DNA of 64,000 nucleotides from Bacteroidota bacterium (GCA_043747595.1 JAYTOX010000065.1:4679-68678); one strand, 5' to 3'. Positions 20,561-31,520 are shown, numbered from the stretch's first letter. Notes: generated by a model from the letters alone, not told the origin. Numbers and translations: made by a program.

Positions 20561-21413
20561 GCAATTTAATTTTGAAATTCTAATTTCTGTAATTAGTAGA
20601 TTATAAACAATGAATTAATAACTAAATGTAAAGCGGAAGGAAAATGATGACTATGACTTGACTCAAAAACGAACAGTAAAAGAGATGACATTCGTCACCT
20701 TTCTTGTTTAAGCAAGGAAAATGAGAACCTATACCTAGCTCTCAATTAAACTAGTAAATGTTTGTATTTTTAAAAAATGATAATTTTATTGCAACCGATA
20801 GAATGAAAAAATGAAGGTTGACAAAGAACTTAAAGATAAGCGATACATTCATTAACCATCTTTTAAGGCGTAACTAAATTTTGAACTACTAAAATTTCGA
20901 ATAAATGAGAATGTCACTTTTTCTGCAGATGAATGGTTATAGTTTTTTTAAAATTACAGCTGAGAATTTGTTTTATGTAAATGATCTACATTGTTTCTAA
21001 ACCTTCATTTTCGCTTGTTTTAAACCAGTAATATTAAAAATGAAAATAATCCGGCTTAAATTTTAGCTGTATTCACGACCAACAAAAACACTAAAAGATT
21101 TTTTCACTGTTCAAATTCAGAATAAAAATCGCTTTTCATTCATGATTTTGTTAGAAAACTTATTTATCAATACGAAGAAAATGCCTTTGTGGGAATAAAT
21201 CAGTTAGTAATTAAAACACCGTCTCTACAACATGGAATTTACATTTTCTCTTTGCTATCAAATTCGTCATTTATACAAACGAAAATAATGAATTCAGGTT
21301 ATTAAAGTAAATTGATGGGATATTGTTCTCTCCGTAATAGTATTAAATAATTTTTAAAAAGTCGGAAGATGTTGTACTAAAAAAATTAATCTATTCATAT
21401 TTTTAAATCTCGA

Positions 21414-21893
21414 TTACCTATTATTAATTTCGGTTTTTCTTCCTTTCAAATGCTTTTCACATATTTGAATCCAATCTTCCGGTGTTATTTTACCAGCCAA
21501 TTCTCCAATTAATCGAAATGGGATCTTATCTAGCTTTTTAAAACGCACACAACTTTTTCCCATATCCAACTTCCCTACTTCAGCCTTTTCGTATTCGCCC
21601 ACAAACCACTCGAGTAATTTTGGACTTCCATAAATTCCCATGTGATACATGGCAATGAAGTTTTTTTGCGAAGCAATACATAAAAATGGTAATGCCAGCT
21701 TCGGATTTACATGGTAGCCTCTCGGATAAAGTGAATGAGGGACGACATACGCTATCATGCCAAACTCAATCACCTCTTTGAATCCTTTTGGAAGATTAGT
21801 TTTTATCGTTTTTCGAAGCAACTTTATTGCATCTCGCCGCTCTTCCGCCAGAGATTCTATATATTCAATAACAGTAATAGCCTCGCTTTTCAT
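21414..21893 (-). CDS. DUF1801 (YdhG-like) domain protein
   Basis: 159 aa. The pattern 'IEYIESL..ERRDAIKLLRKTIK' is typical of DUF1801 proteins. Confidence 0.45.
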   Translation of the reverse strand: MKSEAITVIEYIESLAEERRDAIKLLRKTIKTNLPKGFKEVIEFGMIAYVVPHSLYPRGYHVNPKLALPFLCIASQKNFIAMYHMGIYGSPKLLEWFVGEYEKAEVGKLDMGKSCVRFKKLDKIPFRLIGELAGKITPEDWIQICEKHLKGRKTEINNR

Positions 21894-21998
21894 TGTTGTT
21901 GTTTATCAAAATATATTTTGTAAAAATAACATTTTAAAATTTATACATAAAAAAAGAGCAAGGATCTCTCATTGCTCTTCCAATTTAATTTTGCTCTA

Positions 21999-22724
21999 CT
22001 ATTTTACCAAATCTTTAATCTTAAAAAATATTTTTTTCGTAAATGTCATTTTTCCGTTCGTCATCCAAGTAATCATTGAATGAGGCACTATCGATTTCCA
22101 AGTATAAAATTCCTTGAAAAACATACCATCACGATTATCTTCTTTCGTTTTTTGGAATAAAGAGAAATTTCTTAATGGAGTAGACACATACTTATAATTC
22201 GTTTTGTTGCTCTTTATAAATTTCTCTACCAAGCGTGTGCTTCTCATCCATGTATCGTGAAGCAAAACATAACCATTCAACTCTAACAAAAGATCTGCAT
22301 AGTAAAAGTCCACCAAAATTCCATCAAATTTATGATCGCCATCAACAAAAATAAAATCGAACTTTCTATTTTCTTTATGCAATGCTGGTAGAACATTATG
22401 AGAAAAGTCGGGACGGAAATCTAATTTATCGATGAGATTTAATTTCTCGATATTCTTCAACCCCATTTCTCCATAATTCTTTTGAAAAGGATCGCATGCA
22501 ATATGCTTTGCTTGAGTGGCAGACATAATATGCGATGCAGAACGAGCAAAAGCAAACCCTATTTCCAATGTATTCTTTAAATTATTTTTGATAATAAAAT
22601 CATAAATGAATTTAGCTTCCTCTTTTTTAACTGCGGAATAGGTGTCCCATTCCGGAATCTCAATAATTTTATTTATTTCTTCCGGTATCATTTTAGTTTT
22701 AACAGATTTTGGTTCCCAACCCAT
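21999..22724 (-). CDS. class I SAM-dependent methyltransferase (CmcI/TylF-like)
   Basis: Motifs 'LEIGFAF' (motif I-like) and 'FDFIFVDGDH' (post-I acidic). Confidence 0.5.
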   Translation of the reverse strand: MGWEPKSVKTKMIPEEINKIIEIPEWDTYSAVKKEEAKFIYDFIIKNNLKNTLEIGFAFARSASHIMSATQAKHIACDPFQKNYGEMGLKNIEKLNLIDKLDFRPDFSHNVLPALHKENRKFDFIFVDGDHKFDGILVDFYYADLLLELNGYVLLHDTWMRSTRLVEKFIKSNKTNYKYVSTPLRNFSLFQKTKEDNRDGMFFKEFYTWKSIVPHSMITWMTNGKMTFTKKIFFKIKDLVK

Positions 22725-22863
22725 TTCACTCCGTAAATTAAAGATTTGTTGATTGCAATCGGGGGCACAAAGCTAAAAAAAAGACCTAAATTAACAAGGC
22801 AGAACTATAGCCGAATTTCCAAGAACAGCTTTCCCCTTCCATGTTCATTTTCAACGATTAAAC

Positions 22864-23889
22864 TCAAGCAATCGTCATCGACTTCATGTGACTCTTTACT
22901 CTCTCTTCAATAATACTGAGCGGTGATGCTATTGCATTTACATATTGGTAATTGCCTTCCCGTTTATTTTCAATTGAAAGCTGGATTGGACAGGCTTCAC
23001 TTTGTACGCCATTTACTTTAAACTTGCCAGAAAGATGGTCATAGAATACATAGGGCGCACCTGAAGATCCAAATCGAAAATATCCTTTTATAAGATACCT
23101 AATCCCTTCGATTCTATAATTGCCTCCAAATGGATCGTTGAACATATTGAAGTGGTCAACATAGCCTTCAATTTGCGCTTTGCTTATCATTCGCCCAATT
23201 TCATTAGTCGTTGAGCTTTGCAAACAGTAGAAATCCTTTTTATCGTCAGTGAAAACAGAATAATCGGGTTCCAAGAATGGCAAGCTCGCAATAACTTCAA
23301 GAGGTGTATTCACAATTTTATACAGAGCTATATCATCGGCATAAAAAGCTTCTACTAATTCCACATCCAATAAAAATGTATGTTTGTTAATTATCTCTTC
23401 ATAAAACGAATTGCTTGCATTGAAATAATTTGTCAAATTTTCATTCATATAGAAACTCGGAAAACTAAACTGAATTAGTAATTTAGATTTCACAACTTCC
23501 TTTTCCATGAGTGTAATCCACCTTAAATCATAATTAATCTGTTTAAGAATTTCTCTCATAATGGATACATCGTTCGGATTATTGAAACGCTCATATCTTT
23601 TGTTTGAAAGCGTATCTAACGGAAAACAATTATCAAACATCTGAATCTGCGCAGGATTTAAATGAGGGTAAATCTCGCTCATATAAATTGTGTTATCGAT
23701 CGATTTAAACAAAGGAGTCATGGTACGGAGATTATGCGCTACTGAAAGAACGAATCCATTACCTATGTGAAAAGCACAAATGTTATTTTCGAATTTCCTC
23801 CTCTGCGGATCTTTTGAATCTTGAACACTCATGATTCTGAAAAGTGGAGAAAACTGCTCACTGATCAATTCAAATTGTTTACTCTGCAT
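22864..23889 (-). CDS. cytoplasmic chymotrypsin-fold (S1-like) serine peptidase with a long H-to-D insertion
   Basis: Catalytic triad motifs in order: 'FVLSVAHNL' (TAAHC-like), 'DDIALYKI' (DIALL-like) and 'GSSGAP' (GDSGGP-like). No signal peptide. Confidence 0.5.
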   Translation of the reverse strand: MQSKQFELISEQFSPLFRIMSVQDSKDPQRRKFENNICAFHIGNGFVLSVAHNLRTMTPLFKSIDNTIYMSEIYPHLNPAQIQMFDNCFPLDTLSNKRYERFNNPNDVSIMREILKQINYDLRWITLMEKEVVKSKLLIQFSFPSFYMNENLTNYFNASNSFYEEIINKHTFLLDVELVEAFYADDIALYKIVNTPLEVIASLPFLEPDYSVFTDDKKDFYCLQSSTTNEIGRMISKAQIEGYVDHFNMFNDPFGGNYRIEGIRYLIKGYFRFGSSGAPYVFYDHLSGKFKVNGVQSEACPIQLSIENKREGNYQYVNAIASPLSIIEERVKSHMKSMTIA

Positions 23890-23937
23890 AATGTTCCTTG
23901 TATTAATTCTAATCGTTAAATTATAAATCGAGACTCA

Positions 23938-24384
23938 CTACGGTTTAGTTATTCGCAGCCAATCACTTTTGGTCATTTCAAATTTTATTTCTCTTTGCCC
24001 ATGCAGCCCTACTTCGACCCAGCCTTGCATTCGATAAAACAATTCCGCTCGCGTACCTGGATCTGTTCCTAACCAAACAGCTTTGTCGGTAGCTTTAAAA
24101 TACCAATCTAACATTAACTGATGGAGTTTTTTTCCAATTCCTGTGCTTTCATATTCAGGTAAAATAAATAACGCCCAAACATTATTATCGACTAAGTCTA
24201 TAATACAGAAACCTACAATCAGATTGGCAATTTCACAAACCCAACCTTTGCCTCTTTCCTTTAAATAAATTTCGCAATCTTTCACTGTTACCTTACTAGG
24301 ATCAGTTAAGCGATTTTCTTTTACTGCAAATCGCACTTTGAAAATCTGCTCGATGTCTGTGAGTAGCGCTTCGCGAAATATCAT
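23938..24384 (-). CDS. GNAT family N-acetyltransferase
   Basis: 148 aa. Acetyl-CoA motif region 'ILPEYESTGIGKKL' (Q/R-x-x-G-x-G/A). Confidence 0.7.
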   Translation of the reverse strand: MIFREALLTDIEQIFKVRFAVKENRLTDPSKVTVKDCEIYLKERGKGWVCEIANLIVGFCIIDLVDNNVWALFILPEYESTGIGKKLHQLMLDWYFKATDKAVWLGTDPGTRAELFYRMQGWVEVGLHGQREIKFEMTKSDWLRITKP

Positions 24385-24420
24385 ACTCGTTCAGTTTGTC
24401 AAATAATTTTTACTTCAATA

Positions 24421-26025
24421 TTACAGCACTTCAGTTTTAGCATTTTTAAATTCAGAAGTCGTATGAAAGTGAATTGCAGGGAAACTTGTTTTAATCATTT
24501 TTAGCATCCACTCGCTCTCTGACAAATAAACAGGATTCTCTTCTTTGTCATAGGCAATTTGACTATTTCGGTTACTAATAAACTGATCGAGTTGCGTGTC
24601 GGTATCGCCGGTTATCCAGTATGCTTTTGTAAAGCTCAGTGGACGAAAATCACATTTTGCACCGTACTCATGTTCTAATCGAAACTTTATTACATCAAAT
24701 TGAAGTTCACCAACTGTTCCAACTAATTTTCTGTTACCGGGCTGCTGAGTAAATAACTGTGCAACTCCTTCTTCCGTTAATTGCTGAATACCTTTCTCTA
24801 ATTGTTTCGCTTTAAAAGGATCGCGGTTTTCTACTTCTTTAAATATTTCAGGCGAAAAACTAGGGATACCTTTGTAGTGGAGCATTTCTCCTTCAGTTAG
24901 AGTATCACCAATTTTAAAAATTCCATTGTCGTACAATCCAATTACATCGCCTGGAAATGCTTCTTCGATCAACGTTTTTTCATTGGCCATGAAGGATGTC
25001 GGATTCGTAAATCGAACTTTTTTATCGATGCGTGTATGGAAATAAAATTTATTCCGTTCAAATCTTCCCGAGCAAATTCTAAGAAAAGCAATTCGATCGC
25101 GATGATTCGGATCTAGATTGGCATGGATCTTAAATACGAATCCGCTAAATTTATTTTCTGTGGCAATTACTTCTCGCTCCTCCGCTTCTCGTGATGCCGG
25201 CTCCGGTGCTATTTCTAAAAATGTTTTTAATAATTCTAAAACTCCAAAATTATTTACAGCACTTCCGAAGAATACAGGTGCAATTAAACCATCACGATAA
25301 AGTTCTTTACTGAACGGTTCAAACACGCCTTCAACTAAATCAATATCTTCTCGCAATTTATTGGCAAATTTATCTCCAATAAGTTTATCGAGAGAAGTGT
25401 CGGTTAACTCAACAATCGTTGCTTTGTTTTCAGAGATTCCGGTTTTATTCGCTTCAAACAAATTTAGCTCTTCGTGATACATATTGTAAACACCTTGAAA
25501 CGACTCACCCTGACTAATGGGCCACGTCAATGGGCGAACATGTATTTTTAATTTATCTTGCAATTCATCGAGTAAGTCGAAAGGATCTTTTCCTTCTCTG
25601 TCCATTTTATTGATGAAAATAATTACCGGCGTACTTCTCATTCTACAAACAGCCATTAATTTTTCTGTTTGCTCTTCTACTCCTTTTATACAATCGACTA
25701 CAAGTATAACGGAGTCAACTGCAGTTAAGGTCCTATATGTATCTTCCGCAAAATCTTTGTGACCGGGAGTGTCTAGAATGTTTACTCGTTTTCCGGCATA
25801 ATCAAAACCCATCACTGAAGTGGCCACAGAAATTCCTCTCTGTTTTTCAATCTCCATAAAATCGGAAGTCGCCGACTTTCTAATTTTATTACTCTTTACC
25901 GCTCCTGCAGTATTGATAGCACCACCAAATAGCAGAAACTTCTCGGTTAACGTTGTTTTCCCGGCATCGGGGTGAGAAATAATGGCAAATGTTCTTCTCT
26001 TTGCTATTTCTTTGTCTAATTCCAT
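24421..26025 (-). CDS. prfC: peptide chain release factor 3
   Basis: GTPase G1 '[12 protein letters not shown]', followed by 'DTPGH' and 'NKMD'. 534 aa with RF3 domain order. Confidence 0.9.
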   Translation of the reverse strand: MELDKEIAKRRTFAIISHPDAGKTTLTEKFLLFGGAINTAGAVKSNKIRKSATSDFMEIEKQRGISVATSVMGFDYAGKRVNILDTPGHKDFAEDTYRTLTAVDSVILVVDCIKGVEEQTEKLMAVCRMRSTPVIIFINKMDREGKDPFDLLDELQDKLKIHVRPLTWPISQGESFQGVYNMYHEELNLFEANKTGISENKATIVELTDTSLDKLIGDKFANKLREDIDLVEGVFEPFSKELYRDGLIAPVFFGSAVNNFGVLELLKTFLEIAPEPASREAEEREVIATENKFSGFVFKIHANLDPNHRDRIAFLRICSGRFERNKFYFHTRIDKKVRFTNPTSFMANEKTLIEEAFPGDVIGLYDNGIFKIGDTLTEGEMLHYKGIPSFSPEIFKEVENRDPFKAKQLEKGIQQLTEEGVAQLFTQQPGNRKLVGTVGELQFDVIKFRLEHEYGAKCDFRPLSFTKAYWITGDTDTQLDQFISNRNSQIAYDKEENPVYLSESEWMLKMIKTSFPAIHFHTTSEFKNAKTEVL

Positions 26026-26410
26026 ATAAGCAGCATCAATTAATGGCCGCGAAGGTACAAAACAGACTTAGGTAAATGAGATGTAAAGGCAATGTATATT
26101 GAAATTCTCGACAAAAATTCTCGATTTGAAGCACTTTTTTGTACTTGTATTATGGCCTTCACTTATATTGACGAGAATAAACAAAAAATACAATCTCATT
26201 TATCAAACATTCGGCAGAAACAGTCCGCTATTATTAAATCTTCTAGTGTGAAAACTGCTACATATCATGATAAAAAGGACAATTTAAAAAGGAATGAGAC
26301 TTGTTAGTTACTCGAAACTCGGCTTTATTTTAGGAAAAATACCACTTAATGGCCTTAGTATACCAATAAACACCTGCACTTTCGTACCTTTGCAGCTAAA
26401 TAAAATTAGA

Positions 26411-27241
26411 ATGGAAATTGGTCAGTACAATGAATTAGAAGTAAAATCGAAAGCAATAATTGGTGTGTACTTAACGGATGGCGAAAACGATGTTCTCCTA
26501 CCTAAAAAATACATCGATGAAATGCCGGAGGTAGGTGACCACATGGACGTTTTCATTTATCTCGACAATGACAATCGACCTATTGCAACAACTCTTAAAC
26601 CAAATGCAGTAGTTGGCGATTTCGCTTTTATGGTTGTTAAAGAAGTAAATGAGCATGGTGCTTTTTTAGATTGGGGAATTGCGAAGGATTTATTTGTTCC
26701 GTTTTCAGAGCAACGAATGGATATGAGAGTTGGCGGAAATTATCTCGTTTATGTTTTTATCGACGACCATTCTCAGCGAATAGCTGCAACTACAAAATGG
26801 CATAAACACATTTCAAAAGAACATACTCTTCAGGAAGATGATGAAGTGCAATTACTAATTGCAGAAAAAACGGAATTGGGAATGCGTGCAATTATTAACA
26901 ATACAAACGAAGGACTAATATTTGCAAATGAAATTTTCGGCGAACTTAAATTTGGCGATAAACGAAGAGGATACATTAAAGCCATTCGCGACGACGGAAA
27001 AATAGATTTACGCTTACAGCCAAAAGGGTACGAACAGGTAGAAGATAGTAAATTTCTTATTCTTCATTATTTGAAAACAAATAATGGAAAAATTTCATTA
27101 GGCGATAAAAGTCCGGCAGAAGCAATTTATGCTGAATTAAAAATGAGTAAGAAAAATTTCAAGAAAACAATTGGAGGGCTTTACAGAGACCGATTAATTC
27201 TCTTAGGCGACTATGAAATATCTTTGATCGAATCGGAATAA
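26411..27241 (+). CDS. S1-like RNA-binding protein (CvfB/YitL family)
   Basis: Tandem S1-like segments and a C-terminal winged-helix-like region. The ORF-track start at 26294 was trimmed to the Met at 26411, because the upstream 39 codons look non-coding. Confidence 0.5.
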   Translation: MEIGQYNELEVKSKAIIGVYLTDGENDVLLPKKYIDEMPEVGDHMDVFIYLDNDNRPIATTLKPNAVVGDFAFMVVKEVNEHGAFLDWGIAKDLFVPFSEQRMDMRVGGNYLVYVFIDDHSQRIAATTKWHKHISKEHTLQEDDEVQLLIAEKTELGMRAIINNTNEGLIFANEIFGELKFGDKRRGYIKAIRDDGKIDLRLQPKGYEQVEDSKFLILHYLKTNNGKISLGDKSPAEAIYAELKMSKKNFKKTIGGLYRDRLILLGDYEISLIESE

Positions 27242-27302
27242 AAAAATCGATTTATTTTTTTTAAAAAAACGCAAAGCACGCCTTCGAGTCTTATCAAAAA
27301 AA

Positions 27303-27989
27303 TCAAGTAATATTTCCGTCTGTCTTAAATTTAAATCCAAGCCTTTTTCCTGTTGCAATTCTCGATTGCAACGAAGCGTCAATTACATCTCCTACTCGAA
27401 TTTGATCTTGCTGTTCGAATGGCGGAGTAAATGAGTCAAACTGCATACTGAAAATAACAGTAGCTTCAATTATTTCGTAAAGCACATTTTCATTGACCAC
27501 CAATGACGAAAAATCGTTGTAAAGATTTCCAATCTGCTTCATTCCTTCCACAAAAAAATGATTTTCTTTATTAATAAATATTCGTCCAATTAAATACCCG
27601 AGATCGTTTACTCGATTGTATTTGAAACTATCAGCAAGAAAATTATAAATAAATATTTTTCCGCAATATGCTCGGTCTTTATCTTCTTGAACATAGGGCG
27701 ACTTCCAAACTGAATGTGTTGAATCGAACGTAAAAATATTTGAATGTATCACAAACAATAAAGTTTCATCGCCTATTGTAAACTCAGCTTCGAATTCACC
27801 GTTGTCTCTATATGAAACTATCATATCGCCTGAAAGCCCCTTAACTTTAATGGCGAGTTCGGAACTTAGTTGACTAAGAAGCCCACGCAAAGAATTAAAA
27901 ACATCTTTTGTTTTTTCATAGACCTGTTGTTTCAGAATTACCTTCTGACGTAACAATTCTATAATAGCTTCTTTGCTTTGATCTGACAT
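27303..27989 (-). CDS. hypothetical protein
   Basis: 228-aa ORF with coding-like composition and no recognizable motif. Confidence 0.4.
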   Translation of the reverse strand: MSDQSKEAIIELLRQKVILKQQVYEKTKDVFNSLRGLLSQLSSELAIKVKGLSGDMIVSYRDNGEFEAEFTIGDETLLFVIHSNIFTFDSTHSVWKSPYVQEDKDRAYCGKIFIYNFLADSFKYNRVNDLGYLIGRIFINKENHFFVEGMKQIGNLYNDFSSLVVNENVLYEIIEATVIFSMQFDSFTPPFEQQDQIRVGDVIDASLQSRIATGKRLGFKFKTDGNIT

Positions 27990-27995
27990 GACAAT

Positions 27996-29465
27996 TTAAT
28001 AGGCTCGGGCAAAAACGACTCTCCCGCTCGATGGGTTTCCGGTGTAAATACATTTTCCAACTTCCTTTGTCTGATCCAAAGGAATACATCTGATTGTTGC
28101 TTTTGTTTCTTCTTTGATTTTATTTTCTGTTTCTGCTGTTCCATCCCAATGAGCAAGTATAAATCCGCCTTCATCGAGTCTTGACTTAAACTCATCAAAC
28201 GTATCTACTTTGTAAGTATGATTATCACGGAAATCAGATGCTCTACGATAAATATTATCCTGAATCTGTTCGAGCAAATGCTCAATCTTAATTGCAAGAT
28301 CGGTGAGTTGCATAACCGATTTTTCTTTCGTATCGCGTCGAGCTACTTCTACGGTACCATTTTCCAAATCACGAGGACCAATAGCGATGCGAATTGGAAC
28401 ACCTTTTAATTCATACTCAGCAAATTTCCATCCCGGCTTGTGTGTATCTCGACTATCAAATTTTACAGAAATATTTTTTGCTTTCAGTTCTGTAATCAAT
28501 TTGTTCACTACTTCCGAAATTTTCTGCAGCTGTTCTTCTCCTTTATAAATTGGAACTATAACAACTTGAATCGGTGCCAATTTAGGAGGTAAAACTAATC
28601 CATCATCATCGCTATGAGCCATCACTAAAGCGCCCATTAAACGAGTTGAAACTCCCCATGAAGTTGCCCAAACAAATTCTTGTTTCCCTTCCTTACTCAT
28701 AAACTTTACATCGAAAGCCTTGGCGAAATTTTGTCCGAGGAAATGTGATGTACCGGCTTGCAACGCTTTTCCATCTTGCATCATTGCCTCGATGCAATAG
28801 GTATCTAGCGCTCCGGCAAAACGTTCATTCGCTGTTTTGAGACCTTTGATAACAGGTATTGCCAAGGTTTTTTCAGCGAACTCAGCATATACATCCAACA
28901 TTTTTCTAGTCTCTTCTACCGCTTCCTCAGAAGTTGCATGAGCCGTATGTCCTTCTTGCCAAAGAAATTCAGTAGTGCGTAAAAAAAGACGTGTTCTCAT
29001 TTCCCAACGAACCACATTAGCCCATTGATTAACTAAAATTGGAAGGTCGCGGTACGATTCTATCCATCCTCGATAAGTATTCCAGATAATTGTTTCAGAT
29101 GTAGGACGAACAATTAATTCTTCTTCCAATTTAGCATCAGGGTCAACCATGACTCCTCCCTTACCGTCATTTTTTAATCGGTAATGAGTTACAACGGCAC
29201 ATTCTTTGGCGAAGCCTTCAACATGCGAAGCTTCTTTAGCAAAAAACGACTTCGGAATAAAGAGTGGGAAGTACGCATTCGAATGACCCGTTTCTTTGAA
29301 TTTCAGATCGAGAATTGCTTGCATTTTTTCCCAGATAGCATAGCCATAAGGTTTTATAACCATACATCCGCGAACAGCAGAATTTTCGGCTAAATCGGCT
29401 TTAACAACAAGGTCTTGATACCATTGAGAATAATTCTCGGCTCGTGAAGGAAGTTCTTTACTCAT
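27996..29465 (-). CDS. proS: proline--tRNA ligase (archaeal/eukaryotic-type ProRS)
   Basis: The N-terminus '[18 protein letters not shown]' and the class II motifs are present. It lacks the bacterial INS domain. Start chosen at the second Met (MSKELP). Confidence 0.85.
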   Translation of the reverse strand: MSKELPSRAENYSQWYQDLVVKADLAENSAVRGCMVIKPYGYAIWEKMQAILDLKFKETGHSNAYFPLFIPKSFFAKEASHVEGFAKECAVVTHYRLKNDGKGGVMVDPDAKLEEELIVRPTSETIIWNTYRGWIESYRDLPILVNQWANVVRWEMRTRLFLRTTEFLWQEGHTAHATSEEAVEETRKMLDVYAEFAEKTLAIPVIKGLKTANERFAGALDTYCIEAMMQDGKALQAGTSHFLGQNFAKAFDVKFMSKEGKQEFVWATSWGVSTRLMGALVMAHSDDDGLVLPPKLAPIQVVIVPIYKGEEQLQKISEVVNKLITELKAKNISVKFDSRDTHKPGWKFAEYELKGVPIRIAIGPRDLENGTVEVARRDTKEKSVMQLTDLAIKIEHLLEQIQDNIYRRASDFRDNHTYKVDTFDEFKSRLDEGGFILAHWDGTAETENKIKEETKATIRCIPLDQTKEVGKCIYTGNPSSGRVVFARAY

Positions 29466-29575
29466 AATATGTTTGGTACGGTGTTTGTAAATCGTCAGTA
29501 ACAAAAGTAATAATTATAATAGGACGTTAAAATTACTACAGAAATATTACTCAAAAGATTGAAAGGGAACATCCA

Positions 29576-31444
29576 ATGAAAAACATAACAACTGTCCTCG
29601 GATTAGCATTTATTTTCTCGTTATCTGCATGTACATCAACCTATCATGCAGGATCTTCGCCATCAGACGATGTTTACTATTCAAGTAAAGACAACTCCCA
29701 AAAACAACAAACTTATCCTACTACCCCTGCCGCTCCGGCTCAAGACTATAGCACAGGAAATAATAGTAACAATCAAAACAATTCTTCAAACCAAAATACT
29801 GATCAATCTCAATACAGTTCCAACCAAAATCAAGGAACTACAGATCAATATCAAAATACAAATTCTGACAATAATCAGTCGACCGGAAACTCGTCATCTT
29901 CAAAATATTCTGATGGTTCCGGAAATACTTATGTAACCAATAATTACTACGACGACTATTACGATTATCAATACTCATCAAGAATCCGCCGTTTTTATTC
30001 TCCGGCAATCGGATACAGCTATTACGATCCATTTTATACTAACAGTTACTGGTACGATTACTCACCTGCATCGTATGGTGTAAGCATTTACTTAGGTTAC
30101 AACTGGTGGGCACCTTCTTTCTATTATTATCAGCCATTCTGTTATGGAAGTTACGGAAGTTATGGTTACGGCTACTACCCGCATTCTTATTGGGGTTATT
30201 CTTCAGGATGGTATGGTGGTGGTTATTATGGAGGAGGATACTATGGTGGAGGTTATTACGGTAGTGGATACTATGGAGGTGGATATTATAATGGCTACAA
30301 TCATGGATACAATGATGGTTACTATGCCGGAAATACGAACCCATACTATTATAACTCCTACGATAATAACAGTACTTACTACGGTCCACGCGGATCTGTA
30401 GGCGATAACACTCCACGTGGAGGTAGTGGCCGAACATCTACAGGAACCTTAGGACAAAAATACGAGCAAGCAGTTGCCGATGGTCGTACACCAAAATCTA
30501 GTCCGCCTGCTTCTTTGGGTGGAGGAAGAAACTTAACATCTCCAAATCTCAATTCTCCAAATCCACCACGAACTATTACTAATGATCGTCCACAGGATGG
30601 AAAAAATAATGGTACACAACCGAATGTAAATGGAATTCAGAACACAACTCCTTCTAGAGGCAATGTTCCAGATCAAATTAATAATACGAACCCAAATAGT
30701 GTTGGAGGTAAAAACCTGAATGATCGTGGCTTAATTCAAAACCCGACAAATAATCAGATGCAACAGCAGAATTCCGGAACGGGAACAAAATCACCTGGTA
30801 CCAATGATGGAAGAAATCAAAACACGTCTCCTCAAATGAATACTCAGCCTGGTAAAAACAATAATGACACGAGACCTCTCCAACAACCGGAAATAAATCA
30901 GACCCCTAGAAATAATAATTCTCGGCCTGACATTACACCGGCACCAAGAGATAATAATTCTGAGCCAAGAAATAATAATACGCGTCCAGATTTTACTCCA
31001 ACTCCGAAAAATAATAATTCGAATGTTGAGCCAAGAAACTATAATGATAATTCTCGTCCTGAAATAAATTCTAACCCTAGAAATAATGGAACTCCTGTAA
31101 TTACTCAGCCGAATAACAACTCTGAGCAACGGAATAATAATTATGACAATAATAATTCAAGGCAAGAACCACGAATTGAAAATAACAGACCACGTCAAGA
31201 ACAACAAAGACAAGAAAATTTTGAGCAGCCACGTCAGGAACAAATAATGCCGCGCCAAGAAAATCGCACACCAATTTTCCAACCGAGGAATGAGCCAAAA
31301 CAATTTAAACAAGAAAGTACACCTCAACGTTCAGAGCCAACTTACTCTGCACCACCAAGAAGTTCCGCACCATCATACTCAAGTCCGTCGCCATCGAGAG
31401 GTGGGTCGAACAACAATAATGGCGGAGGCGGTAGAAGAAAATAG
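29576..31444 (+). CDS. low-complexity lipoprotein: Q/N/S-rich, G/Y-rich (GGYYG x5) and PRNNN-repeat regions
   Basis: Lipobox LSAC. The remaining ~600 aa are compositionally biased with no globular domain. A terminator follows. Confidence 0.7.
   Translation: MKNITTVLGLAFIFSLSACTSTYHAGSSPSDDVYYSSKDNSQKQQTYPTTPAAPAQDYSTGNNSNNQNNSSNQNTDQSQYSSNQNQGTTDQYQNTNSDNNQSTGNSSSSKYSDGSGNTYVTNNYYDDYYDYQYSSRIRRFYSPAIGYSYYDPFYTNSYWYDYSPASYGVSIYLGYNWWAPSFYYYQPFCYGSYGSYGYGYYPHSYWGYSSGWYGGGYYGGGYYGGGYYGSGYYGGGYYNGYNHGYNDGYYAGNTNPYYYNSYDNNSTYYGPRGSVGDNTPRGGSGRTSTGTLGQKYEQAVADGRTPKSSPPASLGGGRNLTSPNLNSPNPPRTITNDRPQDGKNNGTQPNVNGIQNTTPSRGNVPDQINNTNPNSVGGKNLNDRGLIQNPTNNQMQQQNSGTGTKSPGTNDGRNQNTSPQMNTQPGKNNNDTRPLQQPEINQTPRNNNSRPDITPAPRDNNSEPRNNNTRPDFTPTPKNNNSNVEPRNYNDNSRPEINSNPRNNGTPVITQPNNNSEQRNNNYDNNNSRQEPRIENNRPRQEQQRQENFEQPRQEQIMPRQENRTPIFQPRNEPKQFKQESTPQRSEPTYSAPPRSSAPSYSSPSPSRGGSNNNNGGGGRRK
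30208..30294 (+). repeat. 15-nt tandem repeat encoding (GGYYG)n
   Basis: ggtggtggttattat / ggaggaggatactat / ggtggaggttattac ... Confidence 0.8.
30904..31095 (+). repeat. imperfect ~36-nt tandem repeats encoding PRNNNSRPDITPA-like units
   Basis: Five or six repeat units are visible in the translation. Confidence 0.7.
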
Positions 31445-31461
31445 GTTAATTGTTAGTGCTA

Positions 31462-31507
31462 AAGCCCGTACGTTTCAGAGAGAACAGCATTCGTACGGGC
31501 TTTTTTC
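31462..31507 (+). terminator. intrinsic terminator
   Basis: aagcccgtacg ... cgtacgggctt, then tttttt. Confidence 0.7.
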
Positions 31508-31520
31508 AATTTAAAAAAAC

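Noticed and set aside
26092-26410. ORF 26092-26307 and the N-terminal extension of the CvfB-like gene (26294-26410)
   Set aside because: This is the divergent promoter region between prfC and the S1-domain gene. The extension lacks similarity to the family N-terminus and the gene was trimmed to the Met at 26411.
29576-31444. Possibility that the G/Y/N-rich gene is eukaryotic contamination or assembly junk
   Set aside because: It begins with a bacterial lipoprotein signal. It is flanked by a bacterial intrinsic terminator and by contiguous Bacteroidota genes (proS, a FadL-like gene). Its codon usage and AT content match its neighbours.
29646-31514. ORFs overlapping the low-complexity lipoprotein gene (29646-29936, 29838-30032, 30039-30437, 30144-30401, 30791-31129, 31101-31298, 31290-31514)
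   Set aside because: These are artefacts of the repeat DNA (ggtggttattat and aataataat runs). The sense frame has a lipobox, a terminator and a continuous bias, so it is the real gene.
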